Assembly (NCBI GenBank): GCA_016190245.1
Contig: JACPQY010000024.1
Coordinates: 121,620-185,619 of the forward strand
Reading direction: 5' to 3'
Length of the DNA: 64,000 nucleotides
From: Nitrospirota bacterium
GTDB taxonomy: Bacteria > JACPQY01
Both the position numbers and the translations under genes were made by a program. Below are positions 1 to 10,172 of the stretch, piece by piece. The notes beneath the pieces are model-generated. The model searched no databases and was not told where the DNA came from. It saw only the letters and a list, made by a program, of their open reading frames with translations. Every line of letters begins with the position of its first letter. Position 1 is the stretch's first letter.

Positions 1-1639
1 CCTCGGGCGTCGCGTTGGGCTTCATCACGGCAGCCGCGAGCATCTCCGCGTTGCCGCCCAGCACGATGTCCGTCCCACGACCGGCCATGTTGGTGGAAAT
101 CGTCACGGCCGCTTTGCGCCCCGCCTGCGCGACAATCTCCGCCTCGCGCTCGTGGTGCTTGGCGTTGAGGACGTTGTGCTTGATCCCGTCCCGCCGAAGC
201 ATCCCCGAGAGGAGTTCGGACTTCTCGATCGAGATCGTGCCCACCAGCACCGGCTGGCCGTGGCCATGCACATCCTTGATCTCTTCCACAATCGCCGCGA
301 ACTTCCCCTTCTCGTTCTTGTAGACGACGTCCGCGTAGTCCGCGCGGACCATCGGACGATGCGTGGGGATGACCACGACCTCGAGTTTGTAGATCTCCTC
401 GAACTCGCCCGCCTCCGTGGCCGCCGTGCCGGTCATCCCGGCCAGCTTGTCGTACATCCGGAAGTAGTTCTGGAAGGTGATCGTGGCGAGCGTCTGGTTC
501 TCGCGCTCGATCTTGAGCCCCTCCTTGGCCTCCACGCCCTGGTGGAGACCGTCGCTCCACCTCCGGCCCGGCATGAGACGCCCGGTGAACTCATCCACGA
601 TGATGACCTTGCCTTCCTTGACCACGTAGTCCACATCCACCTTGAACAGTTCGTGAGCCTTGAGGGCTTGGTCCACGTGGTGGACGAGGTCAATGTGCGC
701 GGGGTCGTACATGTTCTGCACGCCGAGGAGCTTTTCGACTTTCGCGATGCCTTCCTCGGTGAGCATGACGGAGCGGGCCTTCTCGTCCACCGTGAAGTCG
801 CCGGTGTAGGTCTTGGAACCATCCGGGTGCTTCGTCTCCTCGCCCTTCTCGAGCCTCGGGATGATCCGGTTGATGACGTAGTACTTCTCCGTGCTCTCCT
901 CGGCCGGGCCTGAGATGATGAGGGGCGTGCGGGCCTCGTCAACGAGGATGGAGTCCACCTCGTCCACAATGGCGTAGTTCAGCTCGCGCTGAACGTATTC
1001 CTCGAGGGAGAATTTCATGTTGTCGCGCAGGTAATCGAAGCCGAATTCGTTGTTCGTGCCGTAGGTAACGTCCGCCGCGTAGGCCTCCCTGCGGGTGCAA
1101 CGAACGAGCTTGACGCCGAATTTCCCGACCTTGGGCTCCCACTGGAGGCGGAAGGAGGCCTCGTGCTGGATCACACCGACCTCGAGGCCGAGCGCGAGGT
1201 AGATCGGGCCCATCCACGTGGCGTCACGTCGCGCCAGGTAGTCGTTCACGGTCACCAAGTGGGCGCCGTGGCCCGTCATGGCGTTGAGGACGAGCGGCAG
1301 CGTGGCGACAAGCGTTTTGCCTTCGCCCGTTTTCATTTCGGCGATCTTGCCTTGGTGCAGGACCATTCCGCCGATGAGCTGTACGTCGAAGTGCCTGAGC
1401 CCAATCGTGCGCCGCGAGACCTCGCGCACGGTCGCGAAAACCTCCGGGAGCAATTCATCCAAGTCATCTCCCTTTTCGGTCCGCTCGCGGAACTTGCGTG
1501 TCTGCGCCGCGATCGCCTCATCGTTGAGCCGCTCCATCTCCGGCTCGAGGGCGGTGATCTCGTCCGCAAGCGGGCGCAGTCCCCGGACAATGCGCTCGGT
1601 CTTGGTCTTGAAGATCTTTTCGAGGATCAGGCGGATCAT
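1..1639 (-). CDS. secA: Preprotein translocase ATPase SecA, N-terminal ~546 aa; gene runs off the window start
   Basis: Minus-strand frame from ATG at 1639..1637 reads [28 protein letters not shown]... with SecA motor signatures ([14 protein letters not shown] Walker [31 protein letters not shown]). No stop codon before position 1. Confidence 0.9.
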   Translation of the reverse strand, partial: MIRLILEKIFKTKTERIVRGLRPLADEITALEPEMERLNDEAIAAQTRKFRERTEKGDDLDELLPEVFATVREVSRRTIGLRHFDVQLIGGMVLHQGKIAEMKTGEGKTLVATLPLVLNAMTGHGAHLVTVNDYLARRDATWMGPIYLALGLEVGVIQHEASFRLQWEPKVGKFGVKLVRCTRREAYAADVTYGTNNEFGFDYLRDNMKFSLEEYVQRELNYAIVDEVDSILVDEARTPLIISGPAEESTEKYYVINRIIPRLEKGEETKHPDGSKTYTGDFTVDEKARSVMLTEEGIAKVEKLLGVQNMYDPAHIDLVHHVDQALKAHELFKVDVDYVVKEGKVIIVDEFTGRLMPGRRWSDGLHQGVEAKEGLKIERENQTLATITFQNYFRMYDKLAGMTGTAATEAGEFEEIYKLEVVVIPTHRPMVRADYADVVYKNEKGKFAAIVEEIKDVHGHGQPVLVGTISIEKSELLSGMLRRDGIKHNVLNAKHHEREAEIVAQAGRKAAVTISTNMAGRGTDIVLGGNAEMLAAAVMKPNATPE

Positions 1640-1722
1640 CGGAGCGGCGTCATTCTACGGCACGTTCGGCGCGGATGCCAAGGCGCGACCTGCGGGTCCG
1701 CGCCGGCAGGGATACGCGCGAT

Positions 1723-2742
1723 CTACAGCGTGCGACCGGCCGCTTCGGCGAACCGGCGCAGCTCCCCCATGAGCGTCGCGAATTTCTCGGGCTTGAGGGA
1801 CTGACCGCCGTCGCTGAGCGCTTTCTCGGGCTGGTTGTGGACTTCGATAATGAGGCCGTCCGCCCCGCAGGCCACGGCGGCCTTGGCCATCGGCGCCACC
1901 CATCTCCAGTACCCCGTGCCGTGGCTCGGATCCACGATGATCGGCAGGTGGGTCTTGGAGGCGAGGACGGGGACGGCGTTGAGATCGAGCGTGTTGCGTG
2001 TGGCCGTCTCGAACGTTCGAATGCCGCGCTCGCAAAGGATCACGTTCTCGTTGCCCCCGGCGAGGATGTACTCCGCGCAGAGGAGGAATTCCTGGATGGT
2101 CGTGGAAAGGCCCCGCTTCAGAAGGACCGGGCGTTTGACCTTGCCGAGCGCCTTGAGGAGAGCGAAGTTTTGGACGTTGCGCGCGCCCACCTGGATGACG
2201 TCCGAGTACTCCTCGAAAAGATGGACGTCCGTCGGGCTCATGATCTCGGTCACGATGGGGAGGCCCGTGCGCTCGCGGGCCTCGACCAGCAATTTGAGCC
2301 CCTCCTCCTCGAGGCCCTGGAAGGCAAAGGGGGAGGTTCGGGGCTTGTAGGCCCCCCCCCGGAGGAACTGCGCGCCGGCCTCCTTGACCCGGGTCGCCAC
2401 CTCGATGATCTGCTCGCGGCTCTCCACCGAGCAGGGTCCGGCAATCACCGAGATGCGCTGCCCTCCCACCTCGATGCCGTTCACGGACACGGCCGTGCGC
2501 TCGGGCTTGAACTCCTTGGAGGCGAGCTTGAAGGGCTCGAGGACAAGGATGACCTTCTCGACGCCTGGCTGCTGTTCGAGCGTTTCCTTGGCCATGCTCT
2601 TGCCGCGCTCGTCACCGACGGCAGCGATGACCGTCCTCTCGACGCCCTCGATCATGTGAGGCAGGTACCCCAACTCGATCACTTTCTCGCGCGCGGCTTG
2701 GATTTTGTCCCGCGAGCAACCCTTTTTCATCACCACAATCAT
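1723..2742 (-). CDS. 3-deoxy-7-phosphoheptulonate (DAHP) synthase, type I-beta, with N-terminal ACT/ferredoxin-like regulatory domain
   Basis: 339-aa ORF. N-terminus [26 protein letters not shown] resembles the Thermotoga/Bacillus-type regulatory domain. Catalytic core GPCSVES...[11 protein letters not shown]...VDPSHGTG is typical of the DAHPS/KDO8PS TIM-barrel. Confidence 0.8.
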   Translation of the reverse strand: MIVVMKKGCSRDKIQAAREKVIELGYLPHMIEGVERTVIAAVGDERGKSMAKETLEQQPGVEKVILVLEPFKLASKEFKPERTAVSVNGIEVGGQRISVIAGPCSVESREQIIEVATRVKEAGAQFLRGGAYKPRTSPFAFQGLEEEGLKLLVEARERTGLPIVTEIMSPTDVHLFEEYSDVIQVGARNVQNFALLKALGKVKRPVLLKRGLSTTIQEFLLCAEYILAGGNENVILCERGIRTFETATRNTLDLNAVPVLASKTHLPIIVDPSHGTGYWRWVAPMAKAAVACGADGLIIEVHNQPEKALSDGGQSLKPEKFATLMGELRRFAEAAGRTL

Positions 2743-2825
2743 GGGGACGCGTGCCTCCTAAGTTCGCAGATTGTATTCGTTCTCGCAGGGGGATTCAACC
2801 GGTCTTCCCGGGGTTACCCCAAAAC

Positions 2826-2853
2826 TTGACGCTGTCCATGCCCGGCGTAGAAT
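2826..2853 (+). promoter_or_regulatory. Candidate sigma70-type promoter (TTGACG-16 nt-TAGAAT) for the HEPN-like gene, in the divergent intergenic region with the DAHP synthase gene
   Basis: TTGACG at 2826-2831 and TAGAAT at 2848-2853 with a 16-nt spacer. ATG of the downstream gene is at 2870. Confidence 0.35.
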
Positions 2854-2869
2854 GAAATGAGAGCAGATC

Positions 2870-3268
2870 ATGAGCAAGTACTTGTTGCAGGCGGAAAAGT
2901 TCCACAAGAAGGCGCTGGCTGAGTTCCTCAAAGCCAAGAGAAACGGACTGGAGGAGACGGACATCATCCAGGCGGCGGAGAAGGGATGGCTTGCGGCGCA
3001 TCGGGCGACGAACGCGCTGCTGGAACGGCATGGGAAAAAGATCACGGCCGGAACGCAGCGGAAACAACAGGACTTGATCGATCTCGAGAGAGTATTCCCC
3101 GAGATCAAGAGGAGCGCCATCACCGACAAGTTCAACAGTTTCCACAGTAACTTGCACGTGGCTGCCGGCTGCATGGATTTTGTTTCAGCCAAGCTGATCG
3201 AGCGACACATCCGCGCGGTGGGCGAGTACATCCAAACCATTCGGCGGTTGACGGCGCGTGGGGGGTAA
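2870..3268 (+). CDS. Small all-helical protein, HEPN/PaREP1-like (hypothetical)
   Basis: 132-aa ORF. Codon usage is visibly AT-richer than the flanks (aaa/gaa/aag codons). The K/E-rich helical sequence resembles the PaREP1/HEPN superfamily. The assignment rests on pattern only. Confidence 0.45.
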   Translation: MSKYLLQAEKFHKKALAEFLKAKRNGLEETDIIQAAEKGWLAAHRATNALLERHGKKITAGTQRKQQDLIDLERVFPEIKRSAITDKFNSFHSNLHVAAGCMDFVSAKLIERHIRAVGEYIQTIRRLTARGG

Positions 3269-3508
3269 GAGGTCAGGCGAAGGATTTCGGCACGGTCGCG
3301 CGCACGGGATGCGTGAATCTGAGACTTGGCCTCACAGCCTCCGCACGTGCCCGGTCACGTTGGGAAGGTCACCGAGTTGGCCGAATTCCAAAGAAAGCAT
3401 AGGCGTGCATGTCTGACCCCCGCACCCCCACTACGCGGCCCGCCCCGCAACGATCGCGATCTCGACGGGGTCGCCGGGGATGGAGATGACGAGGGGGCTC
3501 ACCGTGCC

Positions 3509-3925
3509 CTACTGCGGTTCGCGCACCAGGCCCATCTGAACGAAGTGATGGTCGAACGCGAATACGCGCTGAACCCTGCGCTTCGCACACACCACCTGCG
3601 ACGTGCAGTCCGTAAACGACCATTTCTTGTCCGCGCCGATCCGCTCAAGCACTTCCCACGCCTCCGCCTCATCCTCGTGGGACAGATGCACGACGTCCAG
3701 TACACGACTTCGTTCCATCGCAAGTACCCGCTCCCGAAAAGCCCGCACCTTCTTTGGCCCCACCTCGCGAAGGAGTAGCGTGTACGTTTCATCAAACACG
3801 TAGCAACTGGTGACCAGCCGGTCCTGCCCAGCCGCGACGCCGTCCCGGTACCGTGCGGCCGCTTGGTGATGGCCGTCCGCCGGATCCTCCAGGGCCACCC
3901 AGCCGGAGGTGTCGACGAAGATCAC
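3509..3925 (-). CDS. vapC: PIN-domain ribonuclease toxin VapC
   Basis: 138 aa starting MIFVDTSGWVAL, with conserved acidic residues (D5, E.., D.., FTDCTS near the C-terminus) typical of VapC. Its start overlaps the stop of the upstream antitoxin ORF. Confidence 0.8.
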   Translation of the reverse strand: MIFVDTSGWVALEDPADGHHQAAARYRDGVAAGQDRLVTSCYVFDETYTLLLREVGPKKVRAFRERVLAMERSRVLDVVHLSHEDEAEAWEVLERIGADKKWSFTDCTSQVVCAKRRVQRVFAFDHHFVQMGLVREPQ

Positions 3926-4197
3926 GGACGAGATTTCGGCCTCGCCCCTTTCGCCCGGCGACCATACAGGTAGTCGTCCGCGCGCAGAGACAGATCCCCC
4001 GGCCCCCGTCCCTCGGACGGGTCACATCCCATGGCCAGGAGGGCCTGCCGTCCCGTGTCACCCTCGGTCTCTTGAACTTCCCTCTCCATGAGCGCCCTGA
4101 GAACCTCGGAGGCCGTCTTCCCCCGCCGACGTGACAATCTCTTGAACCCCTTCCAAGTATCCTCCTCGATCCGGATCGTGATGGCGGTATCCTTCAT
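3922..4197 (-). CDS. vapB: VapB-type antitoxin (ribbon-helix-helix/CopG-like)
   Basis: Within the 3922..4311 ORF, the ATG at 4197..4195 gives MKDTAITIRIEEDTWKGFKRLSRRRGKTASEVLRALMEREV..., an RHH motif. It overlaps vapC by 4 nt. The upstream 38 codons of the track ORF are R/G-rich and unlikely to be coding. Confidence 0.7.
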   Translation of the reverse strand: MKDTAITIRIEEDTWKGFKRLSRRRGKTASEVLRALMEREVQETEGDTGRQALLAMGCDPSEGRGPGDLSLRADDYLYGRRAKGARPKSRP

Positions 4198-4576
4198 GCC
4201 ATGATGTTGATACAAATGCCGAGGCACGTCAATACATGCCCGCTTTCCCCCTCCGACCCGATCCTCGCAGGCTCCCCCGGGCCCTCTCTTCCGTGTGTAT
4301 GCCGGGGACAAAATACCAAGAGCCTATCCTAAAACGTATCGCGGACCCCGCCGGAGCGGCAGAGCCTGAAGGCTCTGCTACAGGCGGGCCCGCTACGGAC
4401 CGTTGGATTCTTCTCGTAGCGGAGCCTTCAGGCTCCGCGAAGGTCGCGCCAGGGCCGAGAGGGGTTTTCGGATAGGCTCCAGTTTCCCTCGCCTTCGGCA
4501 CGAGGCGGCCCCTCGCGGCCGGCCCGGGCTTCCGTGTCAAGGCGAAAATCAGTAGACTGTCCCCGGAATACAAGAG

Positions 4577-6031
4577 ATGAGGTGTCACGCATGGACCATC
4601 CTCTGCGCCCCCATCGCCCTGATCCACTCCGCCTGCAGCGGTGCGGAAACATCTCTTCTTTTTCCGCCGGGATTTATGTGGGGGGCGGCAACAGCCGCCT
4701 ATCAGATTGAGGGGTACAACACTCACTCGGACCTCTGGGACTGGGAGGTGAAGTACGAACAGCGGTCGGGCGCGGCCGCCAATTCCTACGTTCTTTTCGA
4801 TGAAGATGCCGAGTTGGTGAAGCGACTCGGCATGGGCGTCTATCGGTTTTCGATCGAATGGGCCCGCCTGGAGCCCCGCAACAATGAATGGAACGCCGAG
4901 GCGATCGAGCACTATCATGAAGTCCTCCGCTCCCTCCGGAGCCGGAACATTCGTCCGATGGTCACGCTGCATCATTTCACGAATCCCAAGTGGGTTTATG
5001 AGATCGATCCGAGCCCCTGGGAAAACGGCGAGGTCGTGAGAGAGTTCGAGGAGTACGTTCGACTGGCGGCCCGGGAGTACGGTTCCGAGGTGGATATGTG
5101 GATCCCCTTCAACGAACCCAACGTATACTCATTCGGCGCCTACGGCATCGGCCGCTTCCCTCCCGGACAGGTGGGTCTCCTGAACCCGACCGAGCGGTTG
5201 CTGCCGGTCATGCAGAACATGGTCGAAGCCCACGTGCAGGCGTACCGGATGCTGCACGAAGTGGATACGGCGGATGCGGACGGCGACGGGGTCGCCGCAT
5301 GGGTGGGGGTGGGGCAAGCCGTGTCGGCGATCGAGCCCGCCGATCCCGACTCTGCGGCCGATCGCGCCGCGGTGGATCGCTATGCCCGCTTCTACGTCTG
5401 GCTCTTCCCGGACGCGATGGCGCGGGGAAACTTCGATTCCGATCTCCGGTTCGACGAGGCGATCGAGAGACCGGACTGGGCGGGGTCTCTGGATTTCCTC
5501 GGTTTGCAGTACTATTCGCGCCTGAAGGTCCGCGCACAGGAGGGGCTCCTCGACCCGCTCAATCTCCTGCCGTGTGCCTCCGAGGGGGCTCTGACACAGA
5601 TCTTTGGCGTGCTCGGATGTCCGGCTCCGGACCTGCCGAAGACGGACATGGGCTGGGAGATCTATCCCGAGGGATTCTACGACGTCGTGAGGCAGGCGTG
5701 GGAGCGATACGCCCTTCCGGTGGTGGTGACGGAGAACGGGATCGCGGATCAGACGGGAGAGAAGCGCGCGCCGTTTATCGTACAACATCTGGCCCAGTTG
5801 CACCGAGCGATACGGGATGGAGCGGACGTTCGCGGCTACATGCACTGGTCGCTGCTCGACAATTACGAATGGGGCAGTTTTCGTCCGCGGTTCGGTCTGT
5901 ACAGCGTGGATTACGAGAACGGATTCGCAAGAGAACTCACCGCTGGAGGGGCCGTGTATGGAGAGATTGTCGGGGCCAATGGGATTTCGTCGGACCTCCT
6001 GAACCGATTCGGCAGCGATGACTTCAGGTGA
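4577..6031 (+). CDS. Glycoside hydrolase family 1 (beta-glucosidase/beta-galactosidase-like)
   Basis: GH1 N-terminal signature FMWGAATAAYQIEG. Acid/base NEP (WIPFNEPN) and nucleophile ITENG (VVVTENGIAD) are present. 484 aa. The hydrophobic N-terminus suggests export, but the exact start is uncertain. Confidence 0.85.
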   Translation: MRCHAWTILCAPIALIHSACSGAETSLLFPPGFMWGAATAAYQIEGYNTHSDLWDWEVKYEQRSGAAANSYVLFDEDAELVKRLGMGVYRFSIEWARLEPRNNEWNAEAIEHYHEVLRSLRSRNIRPMVTLHHFTNPKWVYEIDPSPWENGEVVREFEEYVRLAAREYGSEVDMWIPFNEPNVYSFGAYGIGRFPPGQVGLLNPTERLLPVMQNMVEAHVQAYRMLHEVDTADADGDGVAAWVGVGQAVSAIEPADPDSAADRAAVDRYARFYVWLFPDAMARGNFDSDLRFDEAIERPDWAGSLDFLGLQYYSRLKVRAQEGLLDPLNLLPCASEGALTQIFGVLGCPAPDLPKTDMGWEIYPEGFYDVVRQAWERYALPVVVTENGIADQTGEKRAPFIVQHLAQLHRAIRDGADVRGYMHWSLLDNYEWGSFRPRFGLYSVDYENGFARELTAGGAVYGEIVGANGISSDLLNRFGSDDFR

Positions 6032-6181
6032 GGATAGGGAGGCCTACTTGAGTCTCAGGGGGTCACGAACGGCACAGCCGCCACCGTCATGGCGAAACCC
6101 GCCACGCCTCCGATTCCAACGGGAGTGGCGTATGGTCGGTGGCAGTAGCGGGTGCAACAGCCACAGTGGTAAAGTCCGCCC

Positions 6182-6445
6182 GTGGATGTGTTCGAGCGAC
6201 TGGCGAAGATCGAGGAGGATCTGCGGGTCCTCGGGCGGGACTACGATCAGTACTTCGCCGGCGGACTCAAGACCGAACCCTTTGCGCTCCTCTCGCGGGT
6301 GGAGCGTGAGATTCAGACGCTCTCGGTTGACCCCACGCTGAACACCGCACAACGGTTCAAGCTCAACACGATCATGGCGCGGTTCCACGTGAACAAGACG
6401 CGCTGGCAGAAGATCCTGCGCCAGCGGGAACAGCTCGCCGACTAG
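6182..6445 (+). CDS. Hypothetical small protein (87 aa)
   Basis: GTG-initiated ORF with coding-like K/E/D-rich composition in an otherwise R-rich antisense background. No recognisable domain, weak RBS. Confidence 0.3.
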   Translation: MDVFERLAKIEEDLRVLGRDYDQYFAGGLKTEPFALLSRVEREIQTLSVDPTLNTAQRFKLNTIMARFHVNKTRWQKILRQREQLAD

Positions 6446-6710
6446 CGGTTCCCGACCTGAAAATTCCGTCGCCCGGGGAAGAATCTTCCTTCGCCGAGTA
6501 AGTCTCGGGCGCGACCCGCGATAACGTCGCGCGTCTCCTGCACGATTCACACCGCGCCGCATGGAACGCCCTTTGCTCAAGCTAAACTGTAGTGTGAAGG
6601 TGTCCGATAAACCCTTATGAGGGAAATGAACCGCAACAGGTACGCAAGTGTCGGCTCCAAGGAGGGCGGAACCGGCAATGCTGCGGTGATCGTATCAAGG
6701 GGGTATCAAG

Positions 6711-9700
6711 ATGCAATGGACTGCACGACTAGGGAGAGATGGGGCGTGGCTGGTTTTCTGTCTTTTTTCCGTCCACGTCGCCAACACAGGATGTGACCGT
6801 TTCGACGGGGCGGCGCCCAAAGAAGCCCCGCCAAAGTCTTCCGCCGACCTGATCCGACTCGACGTAACGATTCCGCTCTCCCCCGAAGCCGCCGCGGCCC
6901 TCCTTGCCGTGCAGGAGCAGGACGGTCTGGTGGCCGACGTGGATCTAAACGGGCGCCGAGCGGCCCAGGAGCTGCCGGGCCGCGTTGAGGCCGGCGTTCG
7001 CGCGGGCGTTCGCGCCGGGATCCGCATGGCAGGCGCACCCACGGTGAAGCAAGGCGTCCGTGTCGGCGTACGGGCCGGCGTCCGTCTCTCCTCCGGGCGC
7101 GGAGGCGGTTCCACCTCGCCCACCCCCGGCTCGAATGTTGTCCTCGACTCCCGTTCGGTCTCAACTGGCCGCGGTGCGGGCGGTCTGGGTCTCGGCCTGT
7201 ACACGCCGCTCGAGACTCAGGATTCGTCCTCGCTCGTCGAAAGCCCACCTCTCCCCGCGCTCGAGGCCGACCCACCCGCGGGCGCCGACGAAATCGTTCA
7301 TCACTTCAGCACGTCGTTCGAGCTGCCGACGAACCTCGCGTCCGACGGGGGCAATCGCTTCGACTTTCGCATCCGCACCGAACGCCACGCCGACCTGATC
7401 CTCGCTCAGGTGAGCACGCTGATCCGCGCCACGTGGCGCGATCTCCCTTCGGCCTCGGACGGCTCGGGACAGGGCAACACGTCGGATCGTGCCCGCCGGG
7501 CGCTCGAAATCTCCCCGGAGCCGCTCGAGTCCTACGAAGTGGACCTCCCCGACCAAGACGGCGATGGCGTGGCCTCGCTCGTGGAGGTCGCCACCCTCGT
7601 GACGGTCCCTCCCGAAAACGGGGGCCGGCCGCTGACCTTGGACGAGGCCGCCCAGGCGGCCCGAACGGCCGGCGGACCTCAAGTCACCCCCTCGCAGGTC
7701 AAGACCGCGTTCAGCCTTCTCGCCAAGGATCTCGACGTTCGGACTCGAGAGGACCTGAACCGGAGCGGCACGCCCGCCCCTGCAACGTGGCACCCTGTGC
7801 TCACCCAAGCCGATCTCACAGCACCCGAGGCCCGAATCTCCGTTGACGCGACAACGCTCGTCGAAGGGAGCACGGTATCCGCCACACTGGACTGCAACGA
7901 AGCCGCCTGCGCCTATCGCTGCGCGCTCGACGGCGCCGAACCTGAGCCCTGCCCCGCCACGCTGGCCCTCACGCTCGCCCCCGGCTCTCACATCCTCGAA
8001 GTCCGGGCGGTAGACCCCTTCGGCAACCGCAGCGCCGACCCAGCCACCGCCGAGATCGTCGTGGCTCCGGCGCCCTCATGCTCGAGCGCCGCCTGCGAGG
8101 AGTCTCCGACCTCCTCCGACGAGCCCCCCCCCCCGGAGCCGACCGTCGAGTTCGCGGAACACCCGCCCCTGCTCTCGGCCGACCCGAGCGCGCGTTTCCA
8201 TCTGACTTCGGCTGCGCCCTCCGCGCGATTCGCCTGCCGGCTCGATACGGGCCGACCCTTCGCGTGCCCCTCAACGTTCGAGATCAAGAACCTCGACGAC
8301 GGGCCCCACACGTTGGCGGCCGGCGCATCCGCCGACGCGGCTCCCAATCTCTTCTCGTGGATTGTGGATCAGACCCCGCCGGATGCGGGTCGGGCCGGTC
8401 ACGCCACCACCGATGGGACCGCCTACCATGCCTCCGCAACCGTCTTCCCCGCCACCTGGACGGGTTTCTCCGACGGCCAGAGCGGCGTCGTGGGATTCGA
8501 GGTGAACCTCGGCACGGGGAACGATTGCCCCGGCGATACCCATCCCGGCGTCAAGGTGGGCGACACGGATCATGCCCTCCTCACCAATCTCTCCCTCGCG
8601 GATGGGCGGAAGTACTATTTCTGCGTCCGGGCCGTGGACCGGGCCGGGAACGCGAGCGCCTGGGCCGTGTCCTCCGGCACCGTCGTGGATCTTCGCCCAC
8701 CCGTCTCCGTGCCCCGAGCGCCCGCCAACGGTGCAAAGGTGGCGGCGGTCGGTCCGATCGGAGCAATCGCCGACGACACGTTGAGCGGCGTGCAGGAGGT
8801 CCGGGTCTCCATACAACGCGAGTCCGACCAGAAGTACTGGTCCGGCGGGTGGGTGGATCAGGAGTCCTGGCTGCCCGTGCAAAAAGAGGAAACGCTGTCC
8901 GATGCGGAACTCCCGGCCTGGATGATGGGCGAGTCCTACACCGTGCGGACCTTCGCCATCGACCGCGCCGGAAACGTGGAACCACTCAGCGCGCAGACGA
9001 AGTTCGTGTATGACACCGCGCCGCCCCTCTTCGAAGGGCTCGCGGGAGCTTTCGCCGTGGGCGACTCGGTCATCCTGAGCTGGACGCCCGCCCTCGACAA
9101 CGTGAGCGCCCCTTCGGACATGGTCTACCAGATCTGCCAATCCTCCACGGCCGCCGGGTGCGCGGCATTCACCTCCACCCAGGTGAGCGCGGCCGGGGCA
9201 TCCAGTCAGGTCGTCGCAAACGTGCCCGCGGGACCGGGCTACTTCGTGGTCCGCGCCCAGGACGAGGCGGGCAACTCCGATCCCAACCTGATCGTGCGTT
9301 CGGACGTCGCCGGGTTCGACGTGTGGGCCGGGCGCGCGCCGATGCCGACGCCCCGCACGACCGCTGGGGGGGCCGTTTCGGGGCTTGAACTGTACATCGT
9401 CGGCGGATATTCCGGCGGAGCGGTGCTCAACACCGTCGAAAGCTATAACCCGCTCCTCGACCGGTGGGTCGCCCGCCAGCCGATGCCGACCCCGCGCGAG
9501 GGGCCCGCCGTGGCCAAAGTGGACGAGCGGGTCTACGTGATCGGCGGGAGCAACGGCTCGGCCTTGAACGTGGTGGAGGTCTACGACCCGCAGGCGGGCA
9601 CGTGGACCACGCGAGCCGCCATGCCGACGCCCCGATCCCACGCCGCGGCCTGTGCGCTCGGCGGCAAGATCATTGTAGCCGGAGGTTGGAACGGAAGCGC

Positions 9701-10157
9701 CCTCGCTCAAGTGGAAGTGTACGACCCTGCCTCGGACACGTGGGCTGCCCTTCCCCCCCTGCCCAGCCCGCGCTGGCAGGCGGCCGCAGTGGTCGCGAAC
9801 GGCAGGGTCTACGTGCTGGGCGGGCGCTACGCCAGTGCGCTGAGCCTCGTGGATGAATACAACCCGTCCGGCAACTCCTGGGCGAGCCGCCCGCCCCTGC
9901 CGACCGCGCGATACGGCCTCGCAGCCGTTTCCCTCGGGAGTCGGATCATCGCGATGGGCGGCCGGGCCGAGCAGGCCAACGGCGTGGTCGAAGAGATCAA
10001 TCTCGACGCGGCGACGCCCTGGGCCACGCGCAGCTCCATGCCGACGCCGCGCGCGTCATTCGTGGCCGTGCCCTACGCGGGCAGGATCCTCGCGGTAGGC
10101 GGCGCCGGCGCCGCACAAGTCCTGGGCGTGGTCGAGGCCTACTCGCCGCTGCCGTAG
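6711..10157 (+). CDS. Giant secreted modular protein with signal peptide, GVRAG peptide repeats, DxDGDG calcium-binding motif, Ig-like CxxC-x-LDG domain(s), fibronectin/Ig-like repeats and a C-terminal six-blade Kelch beta-propeller
   Basis: 1148 aa with a good RBS (aaggggg) before ATG 6711 and an N-terminal hydrophobic segment. Contains GVRAGVRAGIR...GVRVGVRAGVR, DLPDQDGDGVASLVEV, and SATLDCNEAACAYRCALDGAEPEPCPATL...GSHILEVRAVDPFGN. The C-terminus has six Kelch repeats (LYIVGGYSGG...VYVIGGSNGS...IIVAGGWNGS...VYVLGGRY...IIAMGGRA...ILAVGGAGA). Confidence 0.85.
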   Translation: MQWTARLGRDGAWLVFCLFSVHVANTGCDRFDGAAPKEAPPKSSADLIRLDVTIPLSPEAAAALLAVQEQDGLVADVDLNGRRAAQELPGRVEAGVRAGVRAGIRMAGAPTVKQGVRVGVRAGVRLSSGRGGGSTSPTPGSNVVLDSRSVSTGRGAGGLGLGLYTPLETQDSSSLVESPPLPALEADPPAGADEIVHHFSTSFELPTNLASDGGNRFDFRIRTERHADLILAQVSTLIRATWRDLPSASDGSGQGNTSDRARRALEISPEPLESYEVDLPDQDGDGVASLVEVATLVTVPPENGGRPLTLDEAAQAARTAGGPQVTPSQVKTAFSLLAKDLDVRTREDLNRSGTPAPATWHPVLTQADLTAPEARISVDATTLVEGSTVSATLDCNEAACAYRCALDGAEPEPCPATLALTLAPGSHILEVRAVDPFGNRSADPATAEIVVAPAPSCSSAACEESPTSSDEPPPPEPTVEFAEHPPLLSADPSARFHLTSAAPSARFACRLDTGRPFACPSTFEIKNLDDGPHTLAAGASADAAPNLFSWIVDQTPPDAGRAGHATTDGTAYHASATVFPATWTGFSDGQSGVVGFEVNLGTGNDCPGDTHPGVKVGDTDHALLTNLSLADGRKYYFCVRAVDRAGNASAWAVSSGTVVDLRPPVSVPRAPANGAKVAAVGPIGAIADDTLSGVQEVRVSIQRESDQKYWSGGWVDQESWLPVQKEETLSDAELPAWMMGESYTVRTFAIDRAGNVEPLSAQTKFVYDTAPPLFEGLAGAFAVGDSVILSWTPALDNVSAPSDMVYQICQSSTAAGCAAFTSTQVSAAGASSQVVANVPAGPGYFVVRAQDEAGNSDPNLIVRSDVAGFDVWAGRAPMPTPRTTAGGAVSGLELYIVGGYSGGAVLNTVESYNPLLDRWVARQPMPTPREGPAVAKVDERVYVIGGSNGSALNVVEVYDPQAGTWTTRAAMPTPRSHAAACALGGKIIVAGGWNGSALAQVEVYDPASDTWAALPPLPSPRWQAAAVVANGRVYVLGGRYASALSLVDEYNPSGNSWASRPPLPTARYGLAAVSLGSRIIAMGGRAEQANGVVEEINLDAATPWATRSSMPTPRASFVAVPYAGRILAVGGAGAAQVLGVVEAYSPLP

Positions 10158-10172
10158 AGCCCGGCCGGGGCA

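Noticed and set aside
8271-9710. Long minus-strand ORFs antisense to the giant surface-protein, MTase and helicase genes (also 152..913, 17585..19057, 19481..20917, 27782..29143, 48899..50242)
   Set aside because: All lie opposite strongly supported genes with clear domain content, and their translations are low-complexity (R/G/P/H-rich). They are treated as non-coding shadows.
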